From an uncultured Candidatus Saccharibacteria bacterium (GTDB lineage Bacteria; Patescibacteriota; Minisyncoccia; Phycocordibacterales; UBA918): DNA of 24,353 bases. The stretch spans positions 1 through 24,353 of the forward strand of contig CAZKXF010000001.1 of assembly GCA_964556805.1 (NCBI GenBank). The letters run 5' to 3'. Shown here in pieces: positions 14,006 to 22,538 of this stretch (the stretch's first letter is position 1; every line of letters begins with the position of its first letter). The notes under the pieces were generated by a model that ran no database searches, was not told where the DNA came from, and saw only the letters and a program-made list of their open reading frames with translations. A program made the translations under genes and the position numbers.

Positions 14006-16546
14006 ATGAAATTTATTCAGGATACGCTCGCGTACGTGTCACTACGAAAGAAGCTGGTTGCGGCCGGCGTGTTTTTGGTGGTGCTCTACGTGGTAGCCGC
14101 TGCGGTCATTCCGTATGCTGACATCCACGTTTCATTCGACGACTCCGCTTCTGTTGCGCTCGCAATGGGGGGTGACGGCGATGGCGATGGTGACGGCGAT
14201 GGTGACGGCGATGGTGACGGCGATGGCGATGGTGACGGTACTGGCGGTACTGGTACCGACGGCGGCGGTGGCTGCTGTGGTGGAGACGATGGAGAAGGGG
14301 ACGGCGGTGGTGATGATGGTCCCGGCGAGGCACCTGGTCCAGATCCGGGCCCAGGACCCGGCCCAGGACCCGACACAAGTGGCGGTGATGGCGACGGAGA
14401 CGTTGTCTGTCCAGTGCCTGCTCCCGTAATCTCGGCAGTTGGTAACAAGACCGCAAAGGTTGGCCAGCCGTTCTCGCTCTCGCTCCAGTTCGGAGCAGTA
14501 GACAGCGTGAACGTAACCGGCCTGCCTTCCGGATTGCGCTACGACAGCCGACTCATTTCGGGCACTCCCACCTCAGCGGGTACCTTCACGGTACGCATCG
14601 CAGTTTCAAATGAGTGTGGTAGCGATGTGGAGACCTTCACGATTACCGTGAATGAAGATGTCTGTCCCGTACCTGCTCCGGTTATCTCAACCGTCGGCAA
14701 CAAGGCTGCGAAGGTTGGCCAGCCTTTCTCACTCTCGCTGCAGTTTGGCGCTGTCGACAGCGTGAACGTAACGGGGCTCCCGTCAGGTCTCTCGTACAAC
14801 AGCCGCGTGATCTCGGGCACTCCTACTTCAGTAGGCACCTTCACGGTACGTGTTGTTGTTGCAAACGAGTGTGGTACTGACACCGAAACGTTTACCATTA
14901 CGGTAAGCGAGGTGGTCTGTCCCGTACCTGCCCCTGTGATTTCGACGGTGGGTAACAAGACGGCGCGAGTCGGTCAGCCATTTACGCTCAACCTCCAGTT
15001 CGGAGCAGTCGACAGCGTGAACGTTACCGGACTCCCGTCAGGGCTCTCGTACAACAGCCGCGTGATTTCTGGTACGCCAACGGCTGCCGGAAATTCGACG
15101 GTTCGCATCGAGGTGGCCAACGAGTGTGGTACCGACACGGAAACCTTCACGATTACAGTGACGCAGATCGAAGACAAGAAGCCGTTCTGTGACCTTGCGG
15201 TGAACGCCGAGGCGCTCGAGCAGGGACAGAGCACTCGCGTCAGCTGGAACTCACAAAACGTCAATCGTGTCGTGATCACGGCAACCGACCGCAACGGTAC
15301 GCGTACCGTGCAGGATACGAACGCACTCTCCGGATCGTTCGTCGTAACGCCTGAGTTTGACACCACGTATAAGGGTGTCTTCTCGGGAGACTACGGCACG
15401 ATTGAGTGTTTGGACGCCGTCGTGGTAACCAAGAAGCCTGTCGACACACCATTCCGCTGCGATTACTTCAATGTATCGCCAAGCCGTGTCGATGAGGGCG
15501 ACAGCGTTCGCCTTGAGTGGGAGACTACCGGCGCAACGTCGGTATCGATCAACCAGGGCGTCGGCTCGGTATCACTCGATGGCACTACGAATGTACGCGT
15601 CTACGATGACACCACCTTCACCCTTACCGCACGTCGCGGCAGCGACACGGTTACCTGTTCAGACTTCGTCGACGTTGACGAAGATGATGATAAGCCGCGC
15701 AAAGACGCGCCGCGCTGCGAGTACTTCCGCGCATCAGACACGCGCATTACCGCAGGCCAGCGCGTTGAGCTGCGATGGCGCACCGATGATGGTCGCGAGA
15801 TCACCATCGAAGACGATCGCGGAAACGAAATCTTCGAGTCGCGTGATCGCGATGACGTAGAATCCGGATCGGTTAATGTCCGTCCGACCCGCGACACCCG
15901 CTACACCCTGACGGTGGAGAATGGTCGCGACGATGACGAGTGTACGGTACGCGTCGAGGTAGATGATCAGCGTGTCACGCTTATCACCGACCGCGATCGC
16001 CAGCCGCTCACCTCAATCTCACTGACGCAGATTCCGTACACCGGATTCGACGCAGGGCCGTTCCTCACCTCTCTCTTCTACACCCTTCTTGCTCTCTGGA
16101 GCGCCGCCATCGCCTACGTCCTCGTGATTAAGCGGGGTTCGGTGTTCGGCTTTGCGCTTCCCGGCAGCGGCCGCATCGTCAATGAGTCTGCGGTTGGTGC
16201 AATTCCTCATGCGGAGTACCAGGCGTATGCCGCTCCGGCAGCGGAGGCACCGGTTGCACCCGCCAACCTTCCGACCGGAAGCTACGGCGTGCCACGCTAC
16301 GAAGCTCCAGCTACTGAGATGACGGCAACCACTGACGCGCTCGGTGCGCACCTTGAGGCACACGCACACGCGCACAATGTGCTCCTCTCGAGCGATGCCA
16401 TTCGCCTCATCATTGGACAGGCCGATTCTGCAGAAGAGGAGATCGAACTCCTCGATGCGGTGATCGCACGCGCAAAAGAGGCATACCCACGTGAAGACGG
16501 CTGGGTAGTCCTCAACCGCGAGCGTATCGTAACGCTCTTCCAGTAG
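14006..16546 (+). CDS. Large Ig-repeat cell-surface protein with IPYTG sorting-like motif, TM helix and cytoplasmic tail
   Basis: 846 aa from ATG 14006 (GGAGGT at 13991-13996). N-terminal hydrophobic segment, Gly-Asp and Gly-Pro low complexity, three 85-aa putative-Ig (He_PIG-like, GLPSGL...ISGTPT) repeats, three further Cys-flanked beta-sandwich repeats, IPYTG at 16031-16045, TM + KR, then about 135 aa more. Confidence 0.85.
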   Translation: MKFIQDTLAYVSLRKKLVAAGVFLVVLYVVAAAVIPYADIHVSFDDSASVALAMGGDGDGDGDGDGDGDGDGDGDGDGTGGTGTDGGGGCCGGDDGEGDGGGDDGPGEAPGPDPGPGPGPGPDTSGGDGDGDVVCPVPAPVISAVGNKTAKVGQPFSLSLQFGAVDSVNVTGLPSGLRYDSRLISGTPTSAGTFTVRIAVSNECGSDVETFTITVNEDVCPVPAPVISTVGNKAAKVGQPFSLSLQFGAVDSVNVTGLPSGLSYNSRVISGTPTSVGTFTVRVVVANECGTDTETFTITVSEVVCPVPAPVISTVGNKTARVGQPFTLNLQFGAVDSVNVTGLPSGLSYNSRVISGTPTAAGNSTVRIEVANECGTDTETFTITVTQIEDKKPFCDLAVNAEALEQGQSTRVSWNSQNVNRVVITATDRNGTRTVQDTNALSGSFVVTPEFDTTYKGVFSGDYGTIECLDAVVVTKKPVDTPFRCDYFNVSPSRVDEGDSVRLEWETTGATSVSINQGVGSVSLDGTTNVRVYDDTTFTLTARRGSDTVTCSDFVDVDEDDDKPRKDAPRCEYFRASDTRITAGQRVELRWRTDDGREITIEDDRGNEIFESRDRDDVESGSVNVRPTRDTRYTLTVENGRDDDECTVRVEVDDQRVTLITDRDRQPLTSISLTQIPYTGFDAGPFLTSLFYTLLALWSAAIAYVLVIKRGSVFGFALPGSGRIVNESAVGAIPHAEYQAYAAPAAEAPVAPANLPTGSYGVPRYEAPATEMTATTDALGAHLEAHAHAHNVLLSSDAIRLIIGQADSAEEEIELLDAVIARAKEAYPREDGWVVLNRERIVTLFQ
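14171..14236 (+). repeat. (GGY GAY)11 hexamer repeat encoding (Gly-Asp)11
   Basis: Eleven GGTGAC/GGCGAT units, in frame. Confidence 0.9.
14405..15169 (+). repeat. Three tandem 255-bp intragenic repeats (Ig-like domains)
   Basis: Units start with GTC TGT CC (VCPVPAPVIS) at 14405, 14660 and 14915; high protein identity with many synonymous differences. Confidence 0.92.
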
Positions 16547-16602
16547 ACTTCTAGAAGCGTAAGCGACAAACGAGGAGGGTGCGAGCTCCAAAAAGAAGGT
16601 AT

Positions 16603-16631
16603 GAAAAAACCGCCATCATGGCGGTTTTTTC
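16603..16631. terminator. Bidirectional intrinsic terminator
   Basis: GAAAAAACCGCCA-TCA-TGGCGGTTTTTTC, 13-bp perfect inverted repeat between convergent genes. Confidence 0.9.
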
Positions 16632-16650
16632 GTACTCGACCCTTTCTCTC

Positions 16651-17901
16651 TTACAATCGCTCAGCCACTTCTTTGGTAAGTTTCTCTGCAAGGATTTCTA
16701 CCGAGAGCTGCGTCGAGCTACCATCTCGCGCCTCGAGCGTTACACTGCCTTCAGCAACTTCCTTGTCGCCGATGACGAGGAAGTAGGGAAGCTTGTCCTT
16801 CTTGGCGTTGCGGATCTTCTTGCCGAGCGACTCGTTGCTAGCGTCGAGCTCGGTGCGGATGTGCGCCGCTCTGAGCTTCGCTTCTACATCCTGTGCGTAG
16901 CTCAGATGTTTTTCCGATACCGGTAGTACCTTCACGTGTACCGGCGAAAGCCAGACGGGGAATGCACCGTTATAGTGCTCGATGAGGAATGCCATGACCC
17001 GCTCGATGGCACCGATCGAGGAGCGGTGTACGACGAATGCGCGTTTCTTAGAACCGTCTTCGCTCACGTAGGTGAGGTCAAATCGTTCCGGCATGCAGAA
17101 ATCGTACTGGACGGTAAAGGCGGTATCTTCCTTGCCGTTAACGTTCTTCATCTGGACATCGATTTTCGGCCCGTAGAATGCTGCTTCGTCCTTCGCCTCC
17201 TCAAAGGGGGATCCGCGGGATACGAGGTGCTTGCGGAGCAGGTCTTCCGCTTTTTCCCATGCCGCATCATTCGTGTAGTACTTCTCTGTATTTGTCCGAT
17301 CGCCAAGCGAGAGACGGAAACGGTAGTGTTCACCGAGTTTCAGCCCCAGTACGCCTGCCACGTACTCGATAAGGTCGAGGGCCGTGCCTACCTCGGCCAC
17401 CGCCTGCTCTTCGGACGCACACACGATGTGGGCGTCCGAGAGGCAGAAGGAGCGGACTCGCTGGAGACCCATGAGCTCGCCAGACTGCTCGTATCGGTAG
17501 AGTTTGGCGATCTCGGCAATACGCATCGGCAGCTCGCGGTAGCTGCGCGGCCGCGATAGAAAGAGTTAGAAGTGGTGCGGACAGGTCATTGGGCGCAACA
17601 TGAATTTTTCCTCGTCAATCTCTATCTGCGCGTACATCGAATCCTTGTAGTGCGGATAGTGGCCCGACTTGACGTAGAGATCGAGCTTAGCGATATCCGG
17701 CGTGCACACATGGAGGTACCCGCGCTTAATCTCTTCATCGATGATGAAACGCTCAAGTTCGCGCCGAATGGTTGCTCCTTTGGGCAGGAAGAGGGGCAGG
17801 CCTTTACCCACGGTATCCGAGAAGGTGAAGAGCTCGAGTTCGCGGCCGAGTCGCTTGTGGTCTCGCTCTTTGAGGTTTTCGTCAGGCACGTTGGTATTCA
17901 T
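16651..17901 (-). CDS. thrS: Threonine--tRNA ligase lacking N-terminal TGS/editing domains; frame interrupted by one TAA at 17566-17568
   Basis: Two same-frame ORFs join as RPMTCPHHF*LFLSRPRSYRELPMRIAE. Motifs RDHKRLG, YRYEQSGEL, RVRSF...DAH, FYGPKID, VHRSSIGAIER and a C-terminal anticodon-binding domain. Whether it is intact in vivo is unresolved. Confidence 0.93.
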
Positions 17902-17920
17902 GGGGTGATGTGGTGATGGT

Positions 17921-18099
17921 AAATAAAAAACGTCCGAGCAAAAATTCAATCTGCATTGAATTTTTGCTCGGACGATCTTTCGACCGCGGTTCCACCGAGC
18001 TTCCGCGCATACATATGTGCGCGACGCTTGTGCAGAGGTTGGGTGTGCGACACGCTCTCGTCAGAGCCCCCGGGTGGTAGCCGAGGCGATCCCTCCTGT
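17921..18099 (-). ncRNA. T-box riboswitch leader (transcriptional attenuator) of thrS
   Basis: Minus strand: antiterminator GCUCGG-[UGGAACC bulge]-GCGGUC-GAAA-GAUCGU-CCGAGC (18000-17966) overlaps a 20-bp terminator hairpin (17974-17931) followed by UUUUUUAUUU; Stem III-like hairpin CGCGCA..UGCGCG just upstream. Confidence 0.88.
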
Positions 18100-18105
18100 A
18101 GGTCT

Positions 18106-18133
18106 ATCGTACCGGGTAACCGTGTGTTGTCAA
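18106..18133 (-). promoter_or_regulatory. Promoter of the T-box-thrS transcript
   Basis: Minus strand TTGACA(18133-18128)-N16-TACGAT(18111-18106), just downstream of the dnaE stop. Confidence 0.65.
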
Positions 18134-18147
18134 ACCCACTCCGTTTC

Positions 18148-21100
18148 TTATAGCAGCGATTTCACCGCCTCGGCAACAATCGACGGCTGGCCGTTGCGGA
18201 AGGAGAGCCTGCCTTTGACGGCAATGCAGCTCTGGGGCACGAGGATGTCATGCTTCTGTTTGTAGAGGTCGGTAAAGACCACCATCTCAATCGAGTGCTG
18301 CCAGTCGGCGAGGCGGATAAACGCCATTTTATCTCCTTTTTTCGTGAGAATCTCCTTAACCTCCTCGATGAGCCCCGAGGTTTTCACCGGAATGCCTTCG
18401 CGCTCTTCGGTGATGATCACGGAAAGCGGAGCATACTTTTTCATTGCCTCCCGGCAGCGGTCGAGCGGATGGCCGGAGACGAAGATACCGAGCAGCTCTT
18501 TTTCCCACAGGAGCTTCTGCTCGGGCGAAGCAGGTGCTGCCGGGGCGAGTACCAGGTCTGCCTCAGTGTGTGCAGAGAGCGTTGCGAAGAGCGAATCGTG
18601 GCCCGAAACAAGCGAGGCAGCGTGTTCCTTGCTGTACTCAAGGAGCTTGTCGATGTTGGCGAGCATAGCGCCGCGCTCGGCGAAGCGGTCGAGAGCGCCG
18701 GCCATGATGAGCGCTTCAAGCGATTTCTTGTTGAGGTTGCGATTCTGCACACGCCGAAGAAAGTCCGCAAGCGACGCGTACGGCCCGTTCGCTTTACGCT
18801 CCTCGATAATTGCCTCCGTGATGCCGGCGCCGAAGTTTTTAATCGTCGTCAACCCGAAGCGGATCTCGCGCTTCTGCGCATCTGGGTGTGGTACCACCGA
18901 AAAGTCGGCGAAGCTCTCGTTGATATCCGGCGGCAGTACGTCGATCCCCATGCGCGTGCATTCGTGAATGATTTCTGAAATCTTTTCAATGTCGCCGGAG
19001 TCTGCGGTGAGAACGGCAGACATGTAGGCAACAGGAAAGTTTGCCTTCATGTAGGCTGTCTGGTAGGCGACGCGGCCGTAGCTTGCGGCGTGCGCCTTGT
19101 TGAACCCGTAGGCAGCAAACGGCTCAATGAGCTTCCAGAGCTTTTCGGCGACGGTGCGTGAGAGCTTCCCGTACTCCACAAAGCCGTTGAGCAGCTTCTC
19201 GCGCTCGGCCTCCATCACCTTTGGAATCTGTTTGCCCATGGCCTTGCGGAGCATGTCTGCCTCGAGCCAGGAGTAGCCGGCGAGCTCGCGGGCGATCATG
19301 AGCACGTCGTCCTGGTAGGTCACCACGCCGTAGGAGCGGTCGAGGATTTTCTTGAGACGCGGGTCGATGTAGGTGATACGAGCCGGATTGTGCTTGCGCT
19401 CGATGTACTGCGGAATCGATTCCATGGGCCCTGGGCGGTAGAGGGCGACCATGGCGTTGATGTCGTGGATAGAGGAGGGCTGGAGGTCTTTGAGAAAGCG
19501 GGTCATACCTGAACCGTTCAATTGAAAGAGCCCCATGGTTTCGCCGCGCGCAAGAATTTCAAAGGTCTTCTCATCGTCGAGCGGAACGTTCTCGATGTCG
19601 ATCTCGATGCCGTGAATCTTGCGCACGCGCTTGACCGCATCGGCAAGGATAGAGAGGTTCTTGATGCCGAGGAAATCGAACTTCAGGAGCCCCACGCCGT
19701 CTTCGCCCACCGCGTGCATGTCGTACTGCGTAATCATTTTGCCGCCGTCGCCTTTTGCTTTTGGGTCCGGTTGCAGGGGTACAAAGTTCACCAGCGGTGC
19801 CGGCGCAATCACAACGCCCGCGGCGTGCACGCCGACGTGCCGCACGCGCCCCTCTATTTTCTTGGCAAGGTCGATGACTTCTCGCGTCTCCGGGTCTTTC
19901 TTGTAGAGCTCCTTGAGCTCTGGCTCGATTTCCATTGCACGCTCGATGGTCATGGGAAAGCCCTGCGAGCCCATGGGGATGAGCTTGGCGATTCGGTCGC
20001 CGGTGGCGTACGGGTAATTGAGCGCGCGAGCCACGTCGCGTACCACGGCGCGCGCGAGCATTTTTCCGAACGTGCCGATCTGCGCCACCTTGTCTTCGCC
20101 GTACTTCTGCTTGGCGTACTCGATGATCTCGTCGCGCCGGTTGTCGGCATAGTCCATATCGATATCCGGTGCTGACGGCCGCTCGGGATTGAGGAAGCGC
20201 TCAAAGGGAAGCTTGTACTCGATCGGGTTTACGTTCGTGATGCCAAGTACGTAGGTGGTGAGAGAACCCGCGACTGAGCCGCGGATGGTGGTGAGAATCT
20301 TCCGCTCTCTCGCTTCGCGTAAGAGGTCGCCCACCACGAGGAAGTACTTTGCGTACCCTTTCATCTTGATGATGTCGAGTTCGTAGGCAAGGCGCTCCTT
20401 GATCACCGCGTCCTCAGGGTCAAGCCCGCGCCATCGTATGCCCGCGTAGGCGAGGTGCGCGAGCTCCTCGTCGGGCTCGCGCCCGCTCTCGATCCGATAG
20501 TCGGGAAAGTACCAGGTGCCAATCTCGATTTCGGCTGTACACTGCTCTGCTATTTTTTGCGTGTTCTCGAGCGCTTCGGGACTGTCCTTGAAGTACGCTG
20601 CTGCCTGTTCTTGCGAAATGAAGGAGAAGTCTTCTTCGCGCTCGTCAAAATCGCTCGTGGTCTCTACCGTGCCGCCGGTCTGGATCTTTACCATGGTTTC
20701 CCGCGCGAGCCGGTCGTCGGGCGTAATGTAGTAGACGTCGTGTGCGGCAACGAGCGGCGTTGCGGTATCGGCGGCGAGCATTCGAATTTTTTCTTGGAGC
20801 TCCATGTGGCCGGGAATCTCGGGATGGTGCGAGATCTCGAGGTAGCAGTCTGCGCCGAAGATGCTCTTGTACCAGGAGAGGAGTTCGTGGGCACGCGACC
20901 GGTCGCCGGCCTTAAGGGCTTGTACCGGTTCTCCGGCAAAGGAGGGAATGATGCAGAGCAGATTTTCTCTGTGCTCTTCTATGAGGGCGCGATCGAGCCG
21001 CGGGCGGTAGTAGAAACCGTGGACGTACGATTCGGTAACGAGCGTAATGAGTACCTTGTAGCCGGCGGTGTTCTTTGCAAGCAGTACGACGCGGGCGCGC

Positions 21101-21351
21101 GGCTTGTCGATCGAGGCTTCGCGATCGAAGCGGGTGCGCGGCGCGAGGTACGCATCAATGCCAATGATCGGCTTGATATCTTCTTTCTTGCACGCCTGGT
21201 AGAACTCTACGGCGCCGTAGAGGTTGCCGTTGTCGGTGAGCGCAAGGGCAGACATGCCATCGGCCTTGGCTGCTGCGACGAGTTCTTTGATGGTCGGGAG
21301 GGCGTTGAGGAGGGAGTAGTGGCTGTGGGTGTGGAGGTGGACGAAGCTCAT
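18148..21351 (-). CDS. dnaE: DNA polymerase III subunit alpha
   Basis: PHP domain (FVHLHTHSHYSLL, ALTDNG), RGSVAGS, PDIDMD, KFDFLG, YAFNK-like YGFNKAH, C-terminal OB fold. ATG 21351 preferred because ATG 21363 overlaps a TATAAT box. Confidence 0.97.
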   Translation of the reverse strand: MSFVHLHTHSHYSLLNALPTIKELVAAAKADGMSALALTDNGNLYGAVEFYQACKKEDIKPIIGIDAYLAPRTRFDREASIDKPRARVVLLAKNTAGYKVLITLVTESYVHGFYYRPRLDRALIEEHRENLLCIIPSFAGEPVQALKAGDRSRAHELLSWYKSIFGADCYLEISHHPEIPGHMELQEKIRMLAADTATPLVAAHDVYYITPDDRLARETMVKIQTGGTVETTSDFDEREEDFSFISQEQAAAYFKDSPEALENTQKIAEQCTAEIEIGTWYFPDYRIESGREPDEELAHLAYAGIRWRGLDPEDAVIKERLAYELDIIKMKGYAKYFLVVGDLLREARERKILTTIRGSVAGSLTTYVLGITNVNPIEYKLPFERFLNPERPSAPDIDMDYADNRRDEIIEYAKQKYGEDKVAQIGTFGKMLARAVVRDVARALNYPYATGDRIAKLIPMGSQGFPMTIERAMEIEPELKELYKKDPETREVIDLAKKIEGRVRHVGVHAAGVVIAPAPLVNFVPLQPDPKAKGDGGKMITQYDMHAVGEDGVGLLKFDFLGIKNLSILADAVKRVRKIHGIEIDIENVPLDDEKTFEILARGETMGLFQLNGSGMTRFLKDLQPSSIHDINAMVALYRPGPMESIPQYIERKHNPARITYIDPRLKKILDRSYGVVTYQDDVLMIARELAGYSWLEADMLRKAMGKQIPKVMEAEREKLLNGFVEYGKLSRTVAEKLWKLIEPFAAYGFNKAHAASYGRVAYQTAYMKANFPVAYMSAVLTADSGDIEKISEIIHECTRMGIDVLPPDINESFADFSVVPHPDAQKREIRFGLTTIKNFGAGITEAIIEERKANGPYASLADFLRRVQNRNLNKKSLEALIMAGALDRFAERGAMLANIDKLLEYSKEHAASLVSGHDSLFATLSAHTEADLVLAPAAPASPEQKLLWEKELLGIFVSGHPLDRCREAMKKYAPLSVIITEEREGIPVKTSGLIEEVKEILTKKGDKMAFIRLADWQHSIEMVVFTDLYKQKHDILVPQSCIAVKGRLSFRNGQPSIVAEAVKSLL

Positions 21352-21361
21352 ACGGGCACTC

Positions 21362-21390
21362 ATTATAGCGCTTCGCGTGCGTATTGAGAA
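21362..21390 (-). promoter_or_regulatory. Putative dnaE promoter
   Basis: Minus strand TTCTCA-N17-TATAAT(21367-21362). Confidence 0.5.
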
Positions 21391-21554
21391 AACGGTGCGC
21401 GAGGTGCGATACTACAGAGGCGCTCCGGGCAAGGTGCGACCGCTCGCATGCTCACTGCGGCTTTGGCGCAAATTTCGGCACTGCAGAAAACCAGGCTTTG
21501 CGCCTACAGATGCTCGCACCTTGCCGGTGCGCCTTTGGATGAAAAGAATCGTAC

Positions 21555-22142
21555 ATGAAATATATTATTGGCATTGATGAGGCAGGAAGGGGTGCGCTTG
21601 CAGGTCCGGTGGCAGTGGGCGTTGCGGTCGTACCGGCTGATTTTGAGTGGGCGCTGCTTCCCGGCGTTCGTGACTCAAAGCAGCTCTCGCCGACACGCCG
21701 GGAGGAAATCTTCCGCGCTGCACGCAGTTTGGAGCGGCAGGGCCTTATCGAGTGCCGGGTGGCGCTCGTGGGTGCGGCAACTATCGACCGCATCGGGATC
21801 AGCAAGGCGGTTGCGTGCGGCATCGAGCGTGCGATGGCAAGGATCGGATGCAGCCCGGACGATGCCGATGTGCGCCTCGACGGGTTGCTGCGTGCCCCGG
21901 CGCACTATGCGCGGCAGCAAACTATTATTCGTGGCGACGAGACCGAGCCTGCTATTTCGCTCGCCTCCATCATGGCCAAGGTGACGCGCGATCGGCACAT
22001 GGTGCGACTCGCCTGCAGAGAGTCTCGCTACTCCTTTGAGGTGCACAAGGGCTACGGGACGCTCATGCATCGCAGCGCGCTACGTGAGTACGGGATCTCT
22101 GACGTGCATCGACGGAGCTTCTGTAAGAGCTTGCAGAAGTGA
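21555..22142 (+). CDS. rnhB: Ribonuclease HII
   Basis: IGIDEAGRGALAGPV, DSKQLS, RLDG, GDE...ISLASIMAKVTRD, HKGYGT, HRRSF. Confidence 0.96.
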   Translation: MKYIIGIDEAGRGALAGPVAVGVAVVPADFEWALLPGVRDSKQLSPTRREEIFRAARSLERQGLIECRVALVGAATIDRIGISKAVACGIERAMARIGCSPDDADVRLDGLLRAPAHYARQQTIIRGDETEPAISLASIMAKVTRDRHMVRLACRESRYSFEVHKGYGTLMHRSALREYGISDVHRRSFCKSLQK

Positions 22143-22158
22143 GGAGGTGTTGTAGAAT
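22131..22158 (+). promoter_or_regulatory. Putative promoter of the small ORF after rnhB
   Basis: TTGCAG-N16-TAGAAT. Confidence 0.45.
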
Positions 22159-22203
22159 TTGATACAGATAGTTCTGCCCGCAACAGGAAGGGGAGTTGCA
22201 TTC

Positions 22204-22509
22204 GTGGTAGCACAAGGAGAGAAGGGGGGAGTTCGGTCCCCCTGTGAGTCCTGCCCTGTCGGCAGTGTCGTGGGGAAGTCGGGTGTCGACAGTCGACCGC
22301 CGGTGTTTTGCCCGCCGGTGATGGAACAACAGGAAGATCCAAGACTGCTCGTCACGTCGCTGCCGCCGGGATCGAAATGCTGGGTACGAGCTCAGCGGGA
22401 GGTGATGGCGGCGTACGCCAGGGCGGAGGAGCAGGGAGAGAAGATCCCCCCGCACCTGCTGTGGTTCGCCCATTTTCTGGTGCTGCCTGGTGGCCATCAA
22501 GCAGCATGA
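22204..22509 (+). CDS. Small hypothetical protein with CxxC
   Basis: GTG 22204 preceded by a GGAG SD; about 101 aa with CESC plus two more Cys and a helical-looking C-terminus; fills an otherwise empty gap of about 490 nt. Start uncertain (TTG 22159, ATG 22321 possible). Confidence 0.45.
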   Translation: MVAQGEKGGVRSPCESCPVGSVVGKSGVDSRPPVFCPPVMEQQEDPRLLVTSLPPGSKCWVRAQREVMAAYARAEEQGEKIPPHLLWFAHFLVLPGGHQAA

Positions 22510-22538
22510 CGCTGCAACAGCCGGGGATAGGGAAAGGT

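Noticed and set aside
5888-21351. Inteins or introns in gyrB and dnaE (common insertion hosts)
   Set aside because: Lengths and motif spacing are normal; no C...HN splice junction or homing-endonuclease segment was seen.
12209-22142. Genetic code 25 (TGA = Gly), as in Gracilibacteria/Absconditabacteria
   Set aside because: rnhB ends at TGA right after its normal C-terminal motif, and no conserved gene here has an internal TGA.
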